From an uncultured Chitinophaga sp. (GTDB taxonomy: Bacteria > Bacteroidota > Bacteroidia > Chitinophagales > Chitinophagaceae), in assembly GCA_964473035.1 (NCBI GenBank), contig CAYYMK010000009.1:1450-65449 (forward strand): a DNA stretch of 64,000 nucleotides, in the 5' to 3' direction. This document shows positions 38,104 through 47,778 of the stretch, piece after piece (positions within the stretch are counted from its first letter, which is position 1; every line of letters begins with the position of its first letter). Under the pieces are notes generated by a model, which was not told where the DNA came from, did not search any database, and saw only the letters and a list, made by a program, of their open reading frames with translations. The position numbers were made by a program, and so were the translations under genes.

Positions 38104-39024
38104 TTGGTCTCTGTTCAAGCACAAAACCGGGTTCAGGATTTTTCCCTCTCCCCCCGAATAGACCAGGTGGGGGTGGAAGAAAGGGCCTCCCGGTTTACCA
38201 AAAGAAGCATCAAGAAAGAAGCAAAGATGAATGGCCTCAAACTGGTGCTGAATATGATTGACCTCACCACACTTGAAGGAAAAGATACAGAGGGCAAAGT
38301 GAAACAGCTTTGTTACAAAGCCATGCATCCGCATGATGCCGTACCCGGCATCCCCACTGTTGCCGCTGTTTGTGTGTACCCCAGTATGGTTAGAGTGGCA
38401 AGAAAAGCATTAGAAGGATCGGGCATCAAATTAGCTTCTGTAGCAACTGCTTTTCCCAGCGGTCAGGCGCCAAGAGATGTAAAGATCAGGGACACCAAAT
38501 ATGCGGTGAATGAAGGAGCCGATGAAGTGGATATGGTGATCAGCCGCGGTAAGTTTCATGCAGGTGAATACAATTTTGTGTTTGATGAAATAGCCGCTAT
38601 AAAAGAAGCCTGTGGCAATGCAAGGTTGAAAGTGATATTGGAAACAGGCGAACTGGGCACTTTTGATAAAGTGAGAAGAGCCAGTGATATCGCCATGCTT
38701 GCGGGTGCAGATTTTATTAAAACTTCCACCGGGAAAATACAACCCGCAGCTACCATGCCGGTAACACTGGTGATGCTGGAAGCGATCCGTGATTTTTATT
38801 ATAAAACAGGTAAGATGATCGGTATGAAACCCGCCGGTGGTATTTCCAAATCAAAACTGGCTTTGCACTACCTGGTAATGGTGAAAGAAGTACTGGGTGA
38901 GGATTGGCTGACTAATGAATGGTTCCGCTTTGGCGCCAGCAGTTTGGCTAATGATGTGCTGATGCAGATAATGAAGGAGCATACGGGACTGTATCAAAGT
39001 GCTAATTATTTTTCGGTAGATTAA
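38104..39024 (+). CDS. deoC: deoxyribose-phosphate aldolase, long (eukaryote-like) form
   Basis: IDLTTLEG, AAVCVYP and the Schiff-base region DFIKTSTGK, plus KPAGGI. The N-terminal extension DFSLSPRIDQVGVEERASRF...IKKE aligns with the N-terminus of human DERA as I recall it. TTG 38104 is the only in-frame start between the promoter box and that segment. Confidence 0.85.
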   Translation: MVSVQAQNRVQDFSLSPRIDQVGVEERASRFTKRSIKKEAKMNGLKLVLNMIDLTTLEGKDTEGKVKQLCYKAMHPHDAVPGIPTVAAVCVYPSMVRVARKALEGSGIKLASVATAFPSGQAPRDVKIRDTKYAVNEGADEVDMVISRGKFHAGEYNFVFDEIAAIKEACGNARLKVILETGELGTFDKVRRASDIAMLAGADFIKTSTGKIQPAATMPVTLVMLEAIRDFYYKTGKMIGMKPAGGISKSKLALHYLVMVKEVLGEDWLTNEWFRFGASSLANDVLMQIMKEHTGLYQSANYFSVD

Positions 39025-39030
39025 TTTTCT

Positions 39031-39079
39031 CGCAACCGTCTCTAAGGAGCAACGAATGCAGCTCCGCTTCGTCTATGCG
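39031..39079. repeat. intergenic hairpin/REP-like element between deoC and ALDH
   Basis: CGCA..GGAGC (39031-39050) pairs with GCTCC..TGCG (39061-79), with an internal loop. Confidence 0.35.
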
Positions 39080-39106
39080 TTCTCTGCGTGAAATAAAAAA
39101 TAAATT

Positions 39107-40606
39107 ATGCCAGTTGTAAAAAAGAAGTCTGCAAAAAAAAGCAACACAATCAAATTAAAATTTGATACCAGCTGGTCCTACGACCCTGCGCCGGAAAGTA
39201 AAAGCGCTGCGGCAATCAGTAAACAATACGACCTATTCATCAATGGTGAATGGCAAAAGCCTGCATCAAAAAAATACTTTGAAACCATCAACCCGGCCAA
39301 TGAAGAAAAGTTGAGTGAAGTAGCGGAGGCCAATGAAGCCGATGTAAACAAAGCCGTAATGGCAGCCAGAAATGCGTATGAGAACGTGTGGAAGAAAATG
39401 CCGGCCAAAGAAAGGGCTAAATATATTTTTCGTATTGCCCGCATGGTACAGGAGAAAGCAAGGGAACTGGCCATCATTGAAACATTGGACGGAGGCAAAC
39501 CCATCAGGGAGAGCCGCGACTTTGATGTACCCACTGCCGCCAATCATTTCTTTTACTATGCAGGCTGGGCAGACAAATTGGAATATGCTTTCCCCAACAG
39601 GAGAACAGAACCATTGGGAGTGGCGGGGCAGATCATCCCCTGGAATTTTCCTTTACTGATGGCAGCCTGGAAAATTGCACCGGCTCTGGCAACAGGTAAT
39701 ACTGTTGTATTGAAACCAGCGGAGACAACGCCATTAACTGCTTTGAAACTTGCTGAAATAATTCAAGAAGCAGATATTCCTCCGGGTGTGGTTAATATTT
39801 TAACTGGGGCCGGCGTTACCGGTGCCGCAATTGTGAATCATTCTGACGTAAATAAAATTGCATTCACCGGTTCAACAGATGTTGGAAAAATAATTCAACG
39901 GGCCATTGCCGGAACGAATAAAAAACTAACGTTGGAGCTGGGCGGTAAAGCAGCCAATATCATTTTTGAAGATGCACCCATTGACCAGGCTGTTGAAGGT
40001 GTGATCAATGGCATTTTCTTTAACCAGGGACATGTGTGCTGCGCCGGTTCAAGATTGTATGTGCAGGAATCAGTAGCGAAAATTGTAATCAGGAAATTAA
40101 AAGACAGGCTTGCCTCTTTGATAGTTGGAGATCCCTTAGATAAGAATACCGATATCGGCGCTATCAATTCCAAACAACAATTAGAAACCATTCACAAATA
40201 CATTAAGATAGGCAGACAGGAAGGTGCCGAAATGTACGAGAGCAGTTGCAAACTGCCGGGCAAAGGATTTTTCTGCCGCCCTACCCTGTTTACCAATGTG
40301 GCGCAAAGCAACCGTATAGCACAGGAAGAAATATTCGGGCCGGTATTAGCCATCCTGACTTTCAGAACAGATGATGAAGTGATTGAGAAAGCGAACAACT
40401 CGCCTTATGGTTTGAGTGCCGGTGTATGGACCGATAAAGGATCAAAGATCTTTAATATGACCAAACGTATGCGGGCAGGCGTGGTGTGGGCCAATACGTT
40501 TAACAAGTTTGATCCTACATCGCCTTTCGGCGGTTATAAGGAAAGTGGTTTCGGAAGAGAGGGAGGACTGCATGGGCTTCTTCCTTACTTACATCTAATA
40601 AATTAA
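39107..40606 (+). CDS. NAD(P)-dependent aldehyde dehydrogenase
   Basis: 499 aa. Contains IIPWNFPLLM, the catalytic Glu in LTLELGGKAANI, the catalytic Cys in FFNQGHVCCAGSR, and EEIFGPV. Confidence 0.9.
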   Translation: MPVVKKKSAKKSNTIKLKFDTSWSYDPAPESKSAAAISKQYDLFINGEWQKPASKKYFETINPANEEKLSEVAEANEADVNKAVMAARNAYENVWKKMPAKERAKYIFRIARMVQEKARELAIIETLDGGKPIRESRDFDVPTAANHFFYYAGWADKLEYAFPNRRTEPLGVAGQIIPWNFPLLMAAWKIAPALATGNTVVLKPAETTPLTALKLAEIIQEADIPPGVVNILTGAGVTGAAIVNHSDVNKIAFTGSTDVGKIIQRAIAGTNKKLTLELGGKAANIIFEDAPIDQAVEGVINGIFFNQGHVCCAGSRLYVQESVAKIVIRKLKDRLASLIVGDPLDKNTDIGAINSKQQLETIHKYIKIGRQEGAEMYESSCKLPGKGFFCRPTLFTNVAQSNRIAQEEIFGPVLAILTFRTDDEVIEKANNSPYGLSAGVWTDKGSKIFNMTKRMRAGVVWANTFNKFDPTSPFGGYKESGFGREGGLHGLLPYLHLIN

Positions 40607-40610
40607 ATTA

Positions 40611-40667
40611 GCCACAAAGACACGAAGGTTTAAAGGAATTAGTTAGTGTCTTTGTGCCTTCGTGGCA
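40611..40667. repeat. intergenic palindromic (REP-like) element with two mutually exclusive stems
   Basis: CACAAAGACAC (40613-23) pairs with GTGTCTTTGTG (40647-57). CACGAAGG (40621-28) pairs with CCTTCGTG (40658-65). The two stems share bases 40621-40623. Confidence 0.5.
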
Positions 40668-40679
40668 AAAAATAAAAAG

Positions 40680-41630
40680 ATGGAAAAGACAGTAAAAAAG
40701 TCAGCACTCAGCATCGGTGAGAATGGGTTGGAGAAAAAAACTTCTTCTAAAAGATTAGAAGTGCTGAAGACATACAAAATTTATATCGGCGGACAGTTCC
40801 CCAGAACAGAATCGGGTCGTTATTATATAGCCACCAATGCTTCCGGGAAAAAATTAGCGAATGTATGTTTAAGCTCAAGAAAAGATTTTCGTGACGCAGT
40901 TGTCGCAGCAAGGGGAGCTTTTAGCGGATGGAGTGGCAGGGCTGCTTTTAATCGCTCACAGATTCTTTACCGTATGGCCGAAATGCTGGAAGGAAGGAAG
41001 GCACAGTTCATAAATGAACTGATGCAGCTGGATAACACAAAGGGAAAAGCTGAAAAAGAGGTTAATCTTTCCATAGACCGCTTAATATATTATGCCGGCT
41101 GGTGCGATAAATTTCAGCAACTGTTCAGCGCTGTGAACCCAGTGGCCAGTTCGCATTTTAATTTTTCTGTTCCTGAACCTACCGGTGTGGTAGCCATCAT
41201 CGCCCCGCAAAATAGTTCACTGCTTGGGCTAGTTTCTGTTATTGCTCCCGTCATTGCCGGTGGCAATACCTGTGTAGCGCTGGCCTCCGAAACAAAGCCG
41301 CTTTGTGCAGTAACCTTTGCTGAGGTATTAAATTCATCTGACCTGCCGGGTGGCGTTGTTAATATTTTAACAGGTAAACCTACTGAACTGGCCGGCTGGT
41401 TTACTGACCATATGGATGTAAATGCAACCATTTATTGTGAAAATAATTCTGAAACCCAGAAAATGATTCGGGAAAAATCAGCCAGTAACCTGAAGCGGAC
41501 TATTTTTTATGATAAAGTGAATTGGTACAGTGAAAATGGGCAATCGCCCTATTTCATCATGGATACCCAGGAAATAAAAACCACCTGGCACCCGGTTGAA
41601 AATATTTCAGGAGCAGGAGGAGGATATTAG
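40680..41630 (+). CDS. aldehyde-dehydrogenase-like protein lacking the catalytic domain
   Basis: 316 aa from ATG 40680. It aligns with the N-terminal NAD-binding half of the upstream ALDH (YYAGWCDKF vs YYAGWADKL; LPGGVVNILTG vs IPPGVVNILTG). After ...ASNLKRTIF it jumps to a short C-terminal tail. No ELGGK Glu and no catalytic Cys. Confidence 0.75.
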   Translation: MEKTVKKSALSIGENGLEKKTSSKRLEVLKTYKIYIGGQFPRTESGRYYIATNASGKKLANVCLSSRKDFRDAVVAARGAFSGWSGRAAFNRSQILYRMAEMLEGRKAQFINELMQLDNTKGKAEKEVNLSIDRLIYYAGWCDKFQQLFSAVNPVASSHFNFSVPEPTGVVAIIAPQNSSLLGLVSVIAPVIAGGNTCVALASETKPLCAVTFAEVLNSSDLPGGVVNILTGKPTELAGWFTDHMDVNATIYCENNSETQKMIREKSASNLKRTIFYDKVNWYSENGQSPYFIMDTQEIKTTWHPVENISGAGGGY

Positions 41631-41753
41631 GGCGCGGAATTTTTTGTGACTGGGAGGTTTAAAAAGTTCAAGAAGTTCGAAGTTTTTAAAAGTTTTAAAA
41701 TTTTGAACTCATGAAACAATTATATTGGCATCTCATTTGCCCAAACAAGCAAT

Positions 41754-42212
41754 ATGAAATACGTATTCAGCATCACTGGCCTATTGTTTTGTCTTTATTC
41801 GATTGCGCAGGATACCATCCCGAATAAAGTAGCCGACAGCAATTCCATTGTCATACATAAAGACCCACGCATTGATCTCCTGATTAAAAAACAGGCAGAA
41901 ATCAACGAAGCTACCAGCCGAAATGCAAGACGTACCGACAAAGGATACCGCCTGATGATCATCAGTACAACCAGCAGGGATGAAGCCATATCGGCCAAAA
42001 CCAAAGTATATACCTATTTCCCGGAGTTAAAAGCATATCTGTGGTACCAGTCGCCTTATTTCCGGGTAAAAGCTGGAAATTTTAAAGACATGAAAGAAGC
42101 CGAAAGCTACAAACGCAGGCTGAATGTGTATTTTCCCAGAGGTGTATTTATTATGAAAGACATCATTGAAGTAAAACCTGGAAAAGCAGGCATAACCGAC
42201 AATGATCCATAA
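41754..42212 (+). CDS. SPOR domain-containing protein
   Basis: Signal peptide, then a SPOR-type repeat GYRLMIISTTSRDEAISAKTKVYTYFPE...YFRVKAGNFKDMKEAESYKRRL. Confidence 0.8.
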   Translation: MKYVFSITGLLFCLYSIAQDTIPNKVADSNSIVIHKDPRIDLLIKKQAEINEATSRNARRTDKGYRLMIISTTSRDEAISAKTKVYTYFPELKAYLWYQSPYFRVKAGNFKDMKEAESYKRRLNVYFPRGVFIMKDIIEVKPGKAGITDNDP

Positions 42213-42254
42213 ACAGTTCCATCCCGGATATTTTGAAAATATTACATTTGCCGG

Positions 42255-43433
42255 ATGCTTGATAAAATAAAAAAACTGGCACATGCCTATGCCGGGGAAA
42301 TCATACAGGTACGCCGACATCTCCACGCAAACCCAGAACTGAGTTACCAGGAATTTGAAACTTCTGCCTTCATCCAAACCCGGTTGAACGAATACGGTAT
42401 CCCCTATGAACGCAAAGCCGGAACCGGAATATTGGGAATCATACAAGGGAAAAACCCTGACAAAAGAACCATTGCATTGCGTGCCGATCTTGACGCCCTG
42501 CCCATCACAGAAGAAAATGATATTTCGTACAAATCGCTCAACCAGGGTGTCATGCATGCCTGTGGCCATGATGTACATACTGCATGCCTGCTGGGTGCCG
42601 CCAGAATTTTAAATGATCTGAAGAACGAATGGGAAGGAACTGTGAAGCTGATCTTTCAGCCGGGCGAAGAGAAAAATCCCGGCGGCGCATCGCTGATGAT
42701 CAAAGACGGCGTACTGGAAAACCCAAAACCCCAGGCAATCCTTGCCCTGCATGTACATACAGCTATGGAAACTGGCCATGTAAGTTTCAGAAGCGGCCAG
42801 GTCATGGCCAGTGCCGATGAGCTGTACTTCACGATCAGAGGAAAGGGCGGACATGCGGCTTCACCACATCTTACAGTGGATCCTGTATTAATCAGTTCTC
42901 ACCTCATCATTGCATTACAACAACTGATGAGCCGGAACAATAGTCCTTTCAATCCATCCGTACTTTCAATTACTGCAATTAATGGAGGCAACACGACCAA
43001 TGTAATTCCGGACGAAGTAAAACTAAAAGGCACATTCCGTGCGATGGATGAAGAATGGCGGTTCAGGGCACATGACCTGATCCGTAAACTCTCCACAGAT
43101 CTTGCAGGTGCAATGGGCGGATCAGCTGATGTACATATTGATGTGGGATATCCCAGTGTCATCAATCATGAACAAGTCACAGAGCAGGCACGTCAGAACG
43201 CGGTGGATTATCTGGGTGCTGCACATGTGCATGAAACAGAATTGCGCATGGGTGCCGAAGACTTCGGGTATTATGCCCGGCAAATTCCCGCTTGTTTTTT
43301 CCGGCTTGGCACCATGAATGCCGCAAAAGGAATTACTGCTGGTGTACACACCGCAAAATTCAACATTGATGAAGAGGCCATCGTAGTGGGAATAGGACTG
43401 ATGGCCTGGCTGGGATGCAACTGCGCCACCTGA
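42255..43433 (+). CDS. M20-family amidohydrolase (N-acyl-L-amino-acid amidohydrolase-like)
   Basis: RRHLHANPELSYQEFETS, MHACGHDVH and LIFQPGEE motifs. 392 aa. Confidence 0.9.
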   Translation: MLDKIKKLAHAYAGEIIQVRRHLHANPELSYQEFETSAFIQTRLNEYGIPYERKAGTGILGIIQGKNPDKRTIALRADLDALPITEENDISYKSLNQGVMHACGHDVHTACLLGAARILNDLKNEWEGTVKLIFQPGEEKNPGGASLMIKDGVLENPKPQAILALHVHTAMETGHVSFRSGQVMASADELYFTIRGKGGHAASPHLTVDPVLISSHLIIALQQLMSRNNSPFNPSVLSITAINGGNTTNVIPDEVKLKGTFRAMDEEWRFRAHDLIRKLSTDLAGAMGGSADVHIDVGYPSVINHEQVTEQARQNAVDYLGAAHVHETELRMGAEDFGYYARQIPACFFRLGTMNAAKGITAGVHTAKFNIDEEAIVVGIGLMAWLGCNCAT

Positions 43434-43744
43434 TTGCTGCAATGCGGTTCTGCCCCATATTATAGTTCTCCTTGTTATAGAAACAAAATATGATAGCAAC
43501 CAAAAAAAATCTTTGTAGCGTAACCCCTTATTACCATAGCATCCTGGTGCATAATTCAATATATTAGTGCCATTGCACCCATAAATGAATCCTGAACAAC
43601 CTGGTGCAGGTATTACCGGCATAAGATGCGGCATATCCGGTTCAAAAAGCTTGTTCTGGCAGATTCAGCCTCCGCTGATTTATTTTGTACATTGCACCCC
43701 CAATATTCTGGGATAGTGCAGAAAGCGAATCATAAAAAACAGAT

Positions 43745-46087
43745 ATGCAAAACGATTTAAGAAAACAACAAGCCCTGGAATATCATGCCAAAGGAAGACC
43801 GGGCAAAATAGAAGTCATCCCCACCAAAGAAGCCAAAACACAGAGAGATCTATCCCTTGCTTATTCACCCGGTGTAGCTATCCCCTGCCTGGAAATAGCA
43901 AATAATGTTGAAAACGTATATAAATACACGGCAAAAGGGAACCTGGTGGCAGTTATCAGTAATGGCACCGCCGTACTTGGATTGGGTAATATAGGACCAG
44001 AAGCGGGGAAACCAGTCATGGAGGGCAAAGGAGTATTGTTTAAGATTTTTGCCGATATTGATGTGTTTGATATTGAAATTAATGAAACAGATCCGGAAAA
44101 AATTGTTCAGATCGTTAAAGCACTGGAACCCACTTTTGGAGGCATCAATCTGGAAGATATCAAAGCACCCGAATGTTTTTATATTGAACAAAAGCTCAAA
44201 GAAGAGCTGAATATCCCGGTCATGCACGACGATCAGCATGGTACAGCCATCATCAGTGGTGCCGCCCTCATAAATGCCGCTGAACTACAAAAGAAAAAGC
44301 TGGAGAAAATGAAATTTGTGGTAAGCGGTGCCGGCGCTTCAGCAATTGCCTGTATGAAAATTTATATCGCACTGGGTGCAAGAGTAGAAAATTTTCGTGT
44401 ATTCGACAGCAAAGGGCTGATTCATGAAAGCCGTACCGACCTGGATGACCTGAAAAAAGCATTTTCCGCCAAAGGAAAAAACCTGACACTTGCCGAAGCG
44501 CTGAAAGATGCTGATATTTTTATTGGCTTAAGCAAAGGAAATGTCCTGAATGCAGAAATGGTAAAAAGCATGGCTAAAAACCCGATTGTCTTTGCCATGG
44601 CAAACCCCGACCCGGAAATAAGCTGGGAAGAAGCTACCAGCGCCCGGAAAGACATCATCATGGCAACTGGCCGCAGCGACTATCCCAACCAGGTCAATAA
44701 TGTACTCGGTTTTCCGTACATCTTCAGGGGGGCACTGGACGTGCGGGCAAAACAGATTAATGAAGAAATGAAACTGGCTGCAGTAAAGGCGCTTGCCGAA
44801 CTAGCCAGAACTCCAGTTCCAGATATTGTGAATATGGCGTACAATGAAAATAATATTTCCTTCGGACCTCATTACATCATTCCCAAGCCCGTTGATCCAC
44901 GATTACTGTCCACTGTGGCGCCTGCTGTAGCGAAGGCAGCTATTGAGAGCGGGGTGGCACAGCATCCGATAACAAACTGGGAAGCTTACATTCATACACT
45001 CAACAACAGGCTTGGACTCGACAACCAGGTGATGCGGGTCATTGGCAATAAGGCCCGGAAAGATCCAAAGCGATTGGTTTTTGCAGAAGCAGACAATGTA
45101 AAAATTCTGAAAGCAGCACAAATTACCTACGACGAAGGAGTTGCGTATCCCATCCTGCTGGGCGATGAACATAAAATAAGACTGATTGCCGGCGAAAACG
45201 GAATTGATCTCAGCGATATTCCCATTTTTGACCCACGCAGCGATGAAATGGAAGAAAAAAGGCTGGCTTATGCTGAAATCTTTTTCCGCAAAAGAGGACG
45301 GAAGGGCTTTAATGCATACGAGTCAAAAAAAGTTATGAAAGACCGCAACTACTTTGGTTGCATGATGGTGGAATGTGGTGATGCAGATGCCATGATTTCG
45401 GGTCTGTCAAAAAATTATCCTGATACCATACGGCCGGCCCTGCAAACCATCGGTACAGAAGAGAATGTAAACAAGATTGCCGGAATGTACCTGATGCTGA
45501 CCAAAAGGGGACCATTGTTTCTGGCCGATACAACCGTCAACTTTAATCCCACAGCCAAAGAACTGGCCGACATCACTATTATGGTGGCCAGGGAAGTCAG
45601 AAATTTTAATATCGTACCCCGAATCGCTATGCTGAGCTATTCCAACTTTGGCAGCAGCGACTCACCAGAAGCAAAAATAGTATCCGAAGCCCGCATGCTG
45701 GTTAAAGAAAAAATGCCCGGACTGGTAGTTGATGGGGAAATGCAAGCCAGCGTGGCCTTCAATAAAGAACTGATGAAAGAAAATTATCCCTTTTGTGAGC
45801 TGGCCGAAAAAGATGTAAACACCCTGATCTTCCCCAACCTGGCAGCAGGCAATATTGCGTACAACCTGATGAAAGAGCTGGAAACCGCAGATGCTGTTGG
45901 GCCTATTCTATTGGGGCTGAAGAAACCTGTACATATCCTGCAACTGGGCAGTTCGGTTCGCAGTATTTACAATATGGCACTGGTGGCTGTGGTGGATGCA
46001 CAATTAAAAAGCAAAGCTTCCACGGAGGAAATTGTAAAAAAATCGCCCTGGTGGAAACGGTACAAAAAAGTATCAAAAGAGGTATAG
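43745..46087 (+). CDS. maeB: NADP-dependent malic enzyme (malic enzyme + PTA-like domain)
   Basis: [40 protein letters not shown] and [10 protein letters not shown] ~330-aa phosphotransacetylase-like C-terminal domain follows. Confidence 0.93.
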   Translation: MQNDLRKQQALEYHAKGRPGKIEVIPTKEAKTQRDLSLAYSPGVAIPCLEIANNVENVYKYTAKGNLVAVISNGTAVLGLGNIGPEAGKPVMEGKGVLFKIFADIDVFDIEINETDPEKIVQIVKALEPTFGGINLEDIKAPECFYIEQKLKEELNIPVMHDDQHGTAIISGAALINAAELQKKKLEKMKFVVSGAGASAIACMKIYIALGARVENFRVFDSKGLIHESRTDLDDLKKAFSAKGKNLTLAEALKDADIFIGLSKGNVLNAEMVKSMAKNPIVFAMANPDPEISWEEATSARKDIIMATGRSDYPNQVNNVLGFPYIFRGALDVRAKQINEEMKLAAVKALAELARTPVPDIVNMAYNENNISFGPHYIIPKPVDPRLLSTVAPAVAKAAIESGVAQHPITNWEAYIHTLNNRLGLDNQVMRVIGNKARKDPKRLVFAEADNVKILKAAQITYDEGVAYPILLGDEHKIRLIAGENGIDLSDIPIFDPRSDEMEEKRLAYAEIFFRKRGRKGFNAYESKKVMKDRNYFGCMMVECGDADAMISGLSKNYPDTIRPALQTIGTEENVNKIAGMYLMLTKRGPLFLADTTVNFNPTAKELADITIMVAREVRNFNIVPRIAMLSYSNFGSSDSPEAKIVSEARMLVKEKMPGLVVDGEMQASVAFNKELMKENYPFCELAEKDVNTLIFPNLAAGNIAYNLMKELETADAVGPILLGLKKPVHILQLGSSVRSIYNMALVAVVDAQLKSKASTEEIVKKSPWWKRYKKVSKEV

Positions 46088-46153
46088 CCAGATCAAATTA
46101 CGTTTCACCGACTGCCTGTCAGAAGAACTCCGTATTTTACAGTAAATTTCTGC

Positions 46154-46900
46154 ATGACTATTTTCAGTGACATAGGCCGCTATCTGCTCATGATCAAAGG
46201 CATGTTTGCCCGGCCGGAAAATGCTAAAATGTACTGGAAAGAATTCATTCACCAGTGTACCGAAATCGGTTTTGGGTCATTGGGTATTGTCGCAATCATT
46301 TCTGTTTTTATCGGTGCTGTGTCCACTATTCAAACAGCCTACCAGCTTGTGAGTCCCCTGATTCCTTTATCCACGATTGCACAAGTAGTACGGGACACCG
46401 TAATTCTTGAGTTTGCCCCCACCCTTGTCTGTATCGTTCTGGCTGGTGTAGCGGGAAGCCGCATAGCCAGCGAGCTGGGCAATATGAGGGTGAGTGAGCA
46501 AATTGATGCCCTGGAAATCATGGGTATTAAAACCAAAACCTATCTCATACTTCCGAAGATCGTTGCCGCAATGGTCATGATCCCGCTTCTGGTCATCATT
46601 GCTATGGCACTAGGCATCTGGGGCGGGCGCATTGCCGGTATCACATCTGGTGCGATTTCGGCTAATATTTTTGACAAAGGCCTGCTGGAATTTTTTGTCC
46701 CGTACAATGTATTCTTTGCGCTCACAAAAGCCTATGTTTTTTCCTTTATCATCTCAAGCATCCCTGCGTTTTATGGTTATTATGTAAAAGGAGGTGCCCT
46801 TGAAATTGGGAAAGCCAGCACCAAAGCAGTGGTGGTCAGCTGTGTACTGATTCTGTTTGCCGATTATATTTTATCAGCATTATTGCTTCCCAATACCTGA
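46154..46900 (+). CDS. mlaE: MlaE-family ABC transporter permease
   Basis: 248 aa, multi-pass. Contains GVAGSRIASELGNMRVSEQIDALEIMG, the characteristic MlaE motif. Confidence 0.85.
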   Translation: MTIFSDIGRYLLMIKGMFARPENAKMYWKEFIHQCTEIGFGSLGIVAIISVFIGAVSTIQTAYQLVSPLIPLSTIAQVVRDTVILEFAPTLVCIVLAGVAGSRIASELGNMRVSEQIDALEIMGIKTKTYLILPKIVAAMVMIPLLVIIAMALGIWGGRIAGITSGAISANIFDKGLLEFFVPYNVFFALTKAYVFSFIISSIPAFYGYYVKGGALEIGKASTKAVVVSCVLILFADYILSALLLPNT

Positions 46901-46911
46901 ACCCCTTTCAC

Positions 46912-47721
46912 ATGATTGAAGTACGAAACATACAAAAAAAATTCGGGCAAAAAGTGATCATTGAGGACGTCAGCTCCGTCATGAAAGCAGGTCAGTGCAA
47001 TCTGATCATCGGCGCCAGCGGCAGCGGCAAAACAGTTCTGATGAAATGTATGGTAGGATTATTTGAACCGGATTGCGGGGAAGTACTGTACAGTGGCAAG
47101 AATTTTACAGCCATGAAGGGATTTGAAAAAACAGAAATCCGGAAAGAAATCGGGATGCTTTTTCAGGGTTCTGCACTTTTCGACAGCCTTACTGTAGAAC
47201 AAAATATCATGTTTCCACTCAGCATGTTTACAGACTGGAGCCATAAGAAGAAGCTTGACCGGGTCAATGAAGTGCTGGCAAGGATTAATTTACCGGATGT
47301 AAACAGGAAATATCCTTCCGAACTCAGCGGAGGCATGAAAAAAAGAGTGGCACTGGCACGGGCTATCGTCTTAAACCCAAAATATCTTTTTTGTGACGAG
47401 CCAAACTCCGGTCTGGACCCCCAGACTGCAATGGTCATAGACAAGCTGATAAAAGAAATAACCATCGAATTCAACATCACAACCGTAGTGAACACCCATG
47501 ACATGAACAGTGTGATGGAAATAGGCAACTATATCATTTACATGTATGAAGGCAGGAAAGAATGGGAAGGCACTAACCAGGAAATTATTTTCAGCAAAAA
47601 CAAACGGTTGAATGATTTCATTTTCGCTTCCGAATTTCTGAAAGATGCAAAAGACATGCGGATGCTGGAAGAAAAGGGTAAAATTCCCAATGAAAGAAAC
47701 ATGGATGACCTGCTAAAATAA
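46912..47721 (+). CDS. mlaF: ABC transporter ATP-binding protein (MlaF-like)
   Basis: Walker A GASGSGKT, signature LSGGMKKR and Walker B LFCDEP. Confidence 0.88.
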   Translation: MIEVRNIQKKFGQKVIIEDVSSVMKAGQCNLIIGASGSGKTVLMKCMVGLFEPDCGEVLYSGKNFTAMKGFEKTEIRKEIGMLFQGSALFDSLTVEQNIMFPLSMFTDWSHKKKLDRVNEVLARINLPDVNRKYPSELSGGMKKRVALARAIVLNPKYLFCDEPNSGLDPQTAMVIDKLIKEITIEFNITTVVNTHDMNSVMEIGNYIIYMYEGRKEWEGTNQEIIFSKNKRLNDFIFASEFLKDAKDMRMLEEKGKIPNERNMDDLLK

Positions 47722-47747
47722 CCGGGCCGGTTTTCCACAACGAACCT

Positions 47748-47755
47748 TACTTTTG
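47748..47755 (+). promoter_or_regulatory. -7 promoter box TACTTTTG upstream of sucD
   Basis: Exact TAnnTTTG match, 24 nt before the ATG at 47779. Confidence 0.4.
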
Positions 47756-47778
47756 CCCAAATTTTTAATACGCATACT

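Noticed and set aside
43122-43634. Minus-strand ORF whose N-terminus looks like a Cys/Gly-repeat peptide (PAPGCSGFIYGCNGT...APGCYGN), superficially RiPP-precursor-like.
   Set aside because: The repeats are simply the translation of the GGTGCA/TGCACC DNA repeats. The ORF has no stop until it has run 100+ codons antisense through the M20 gene, and no maturation enzymes are nearby.
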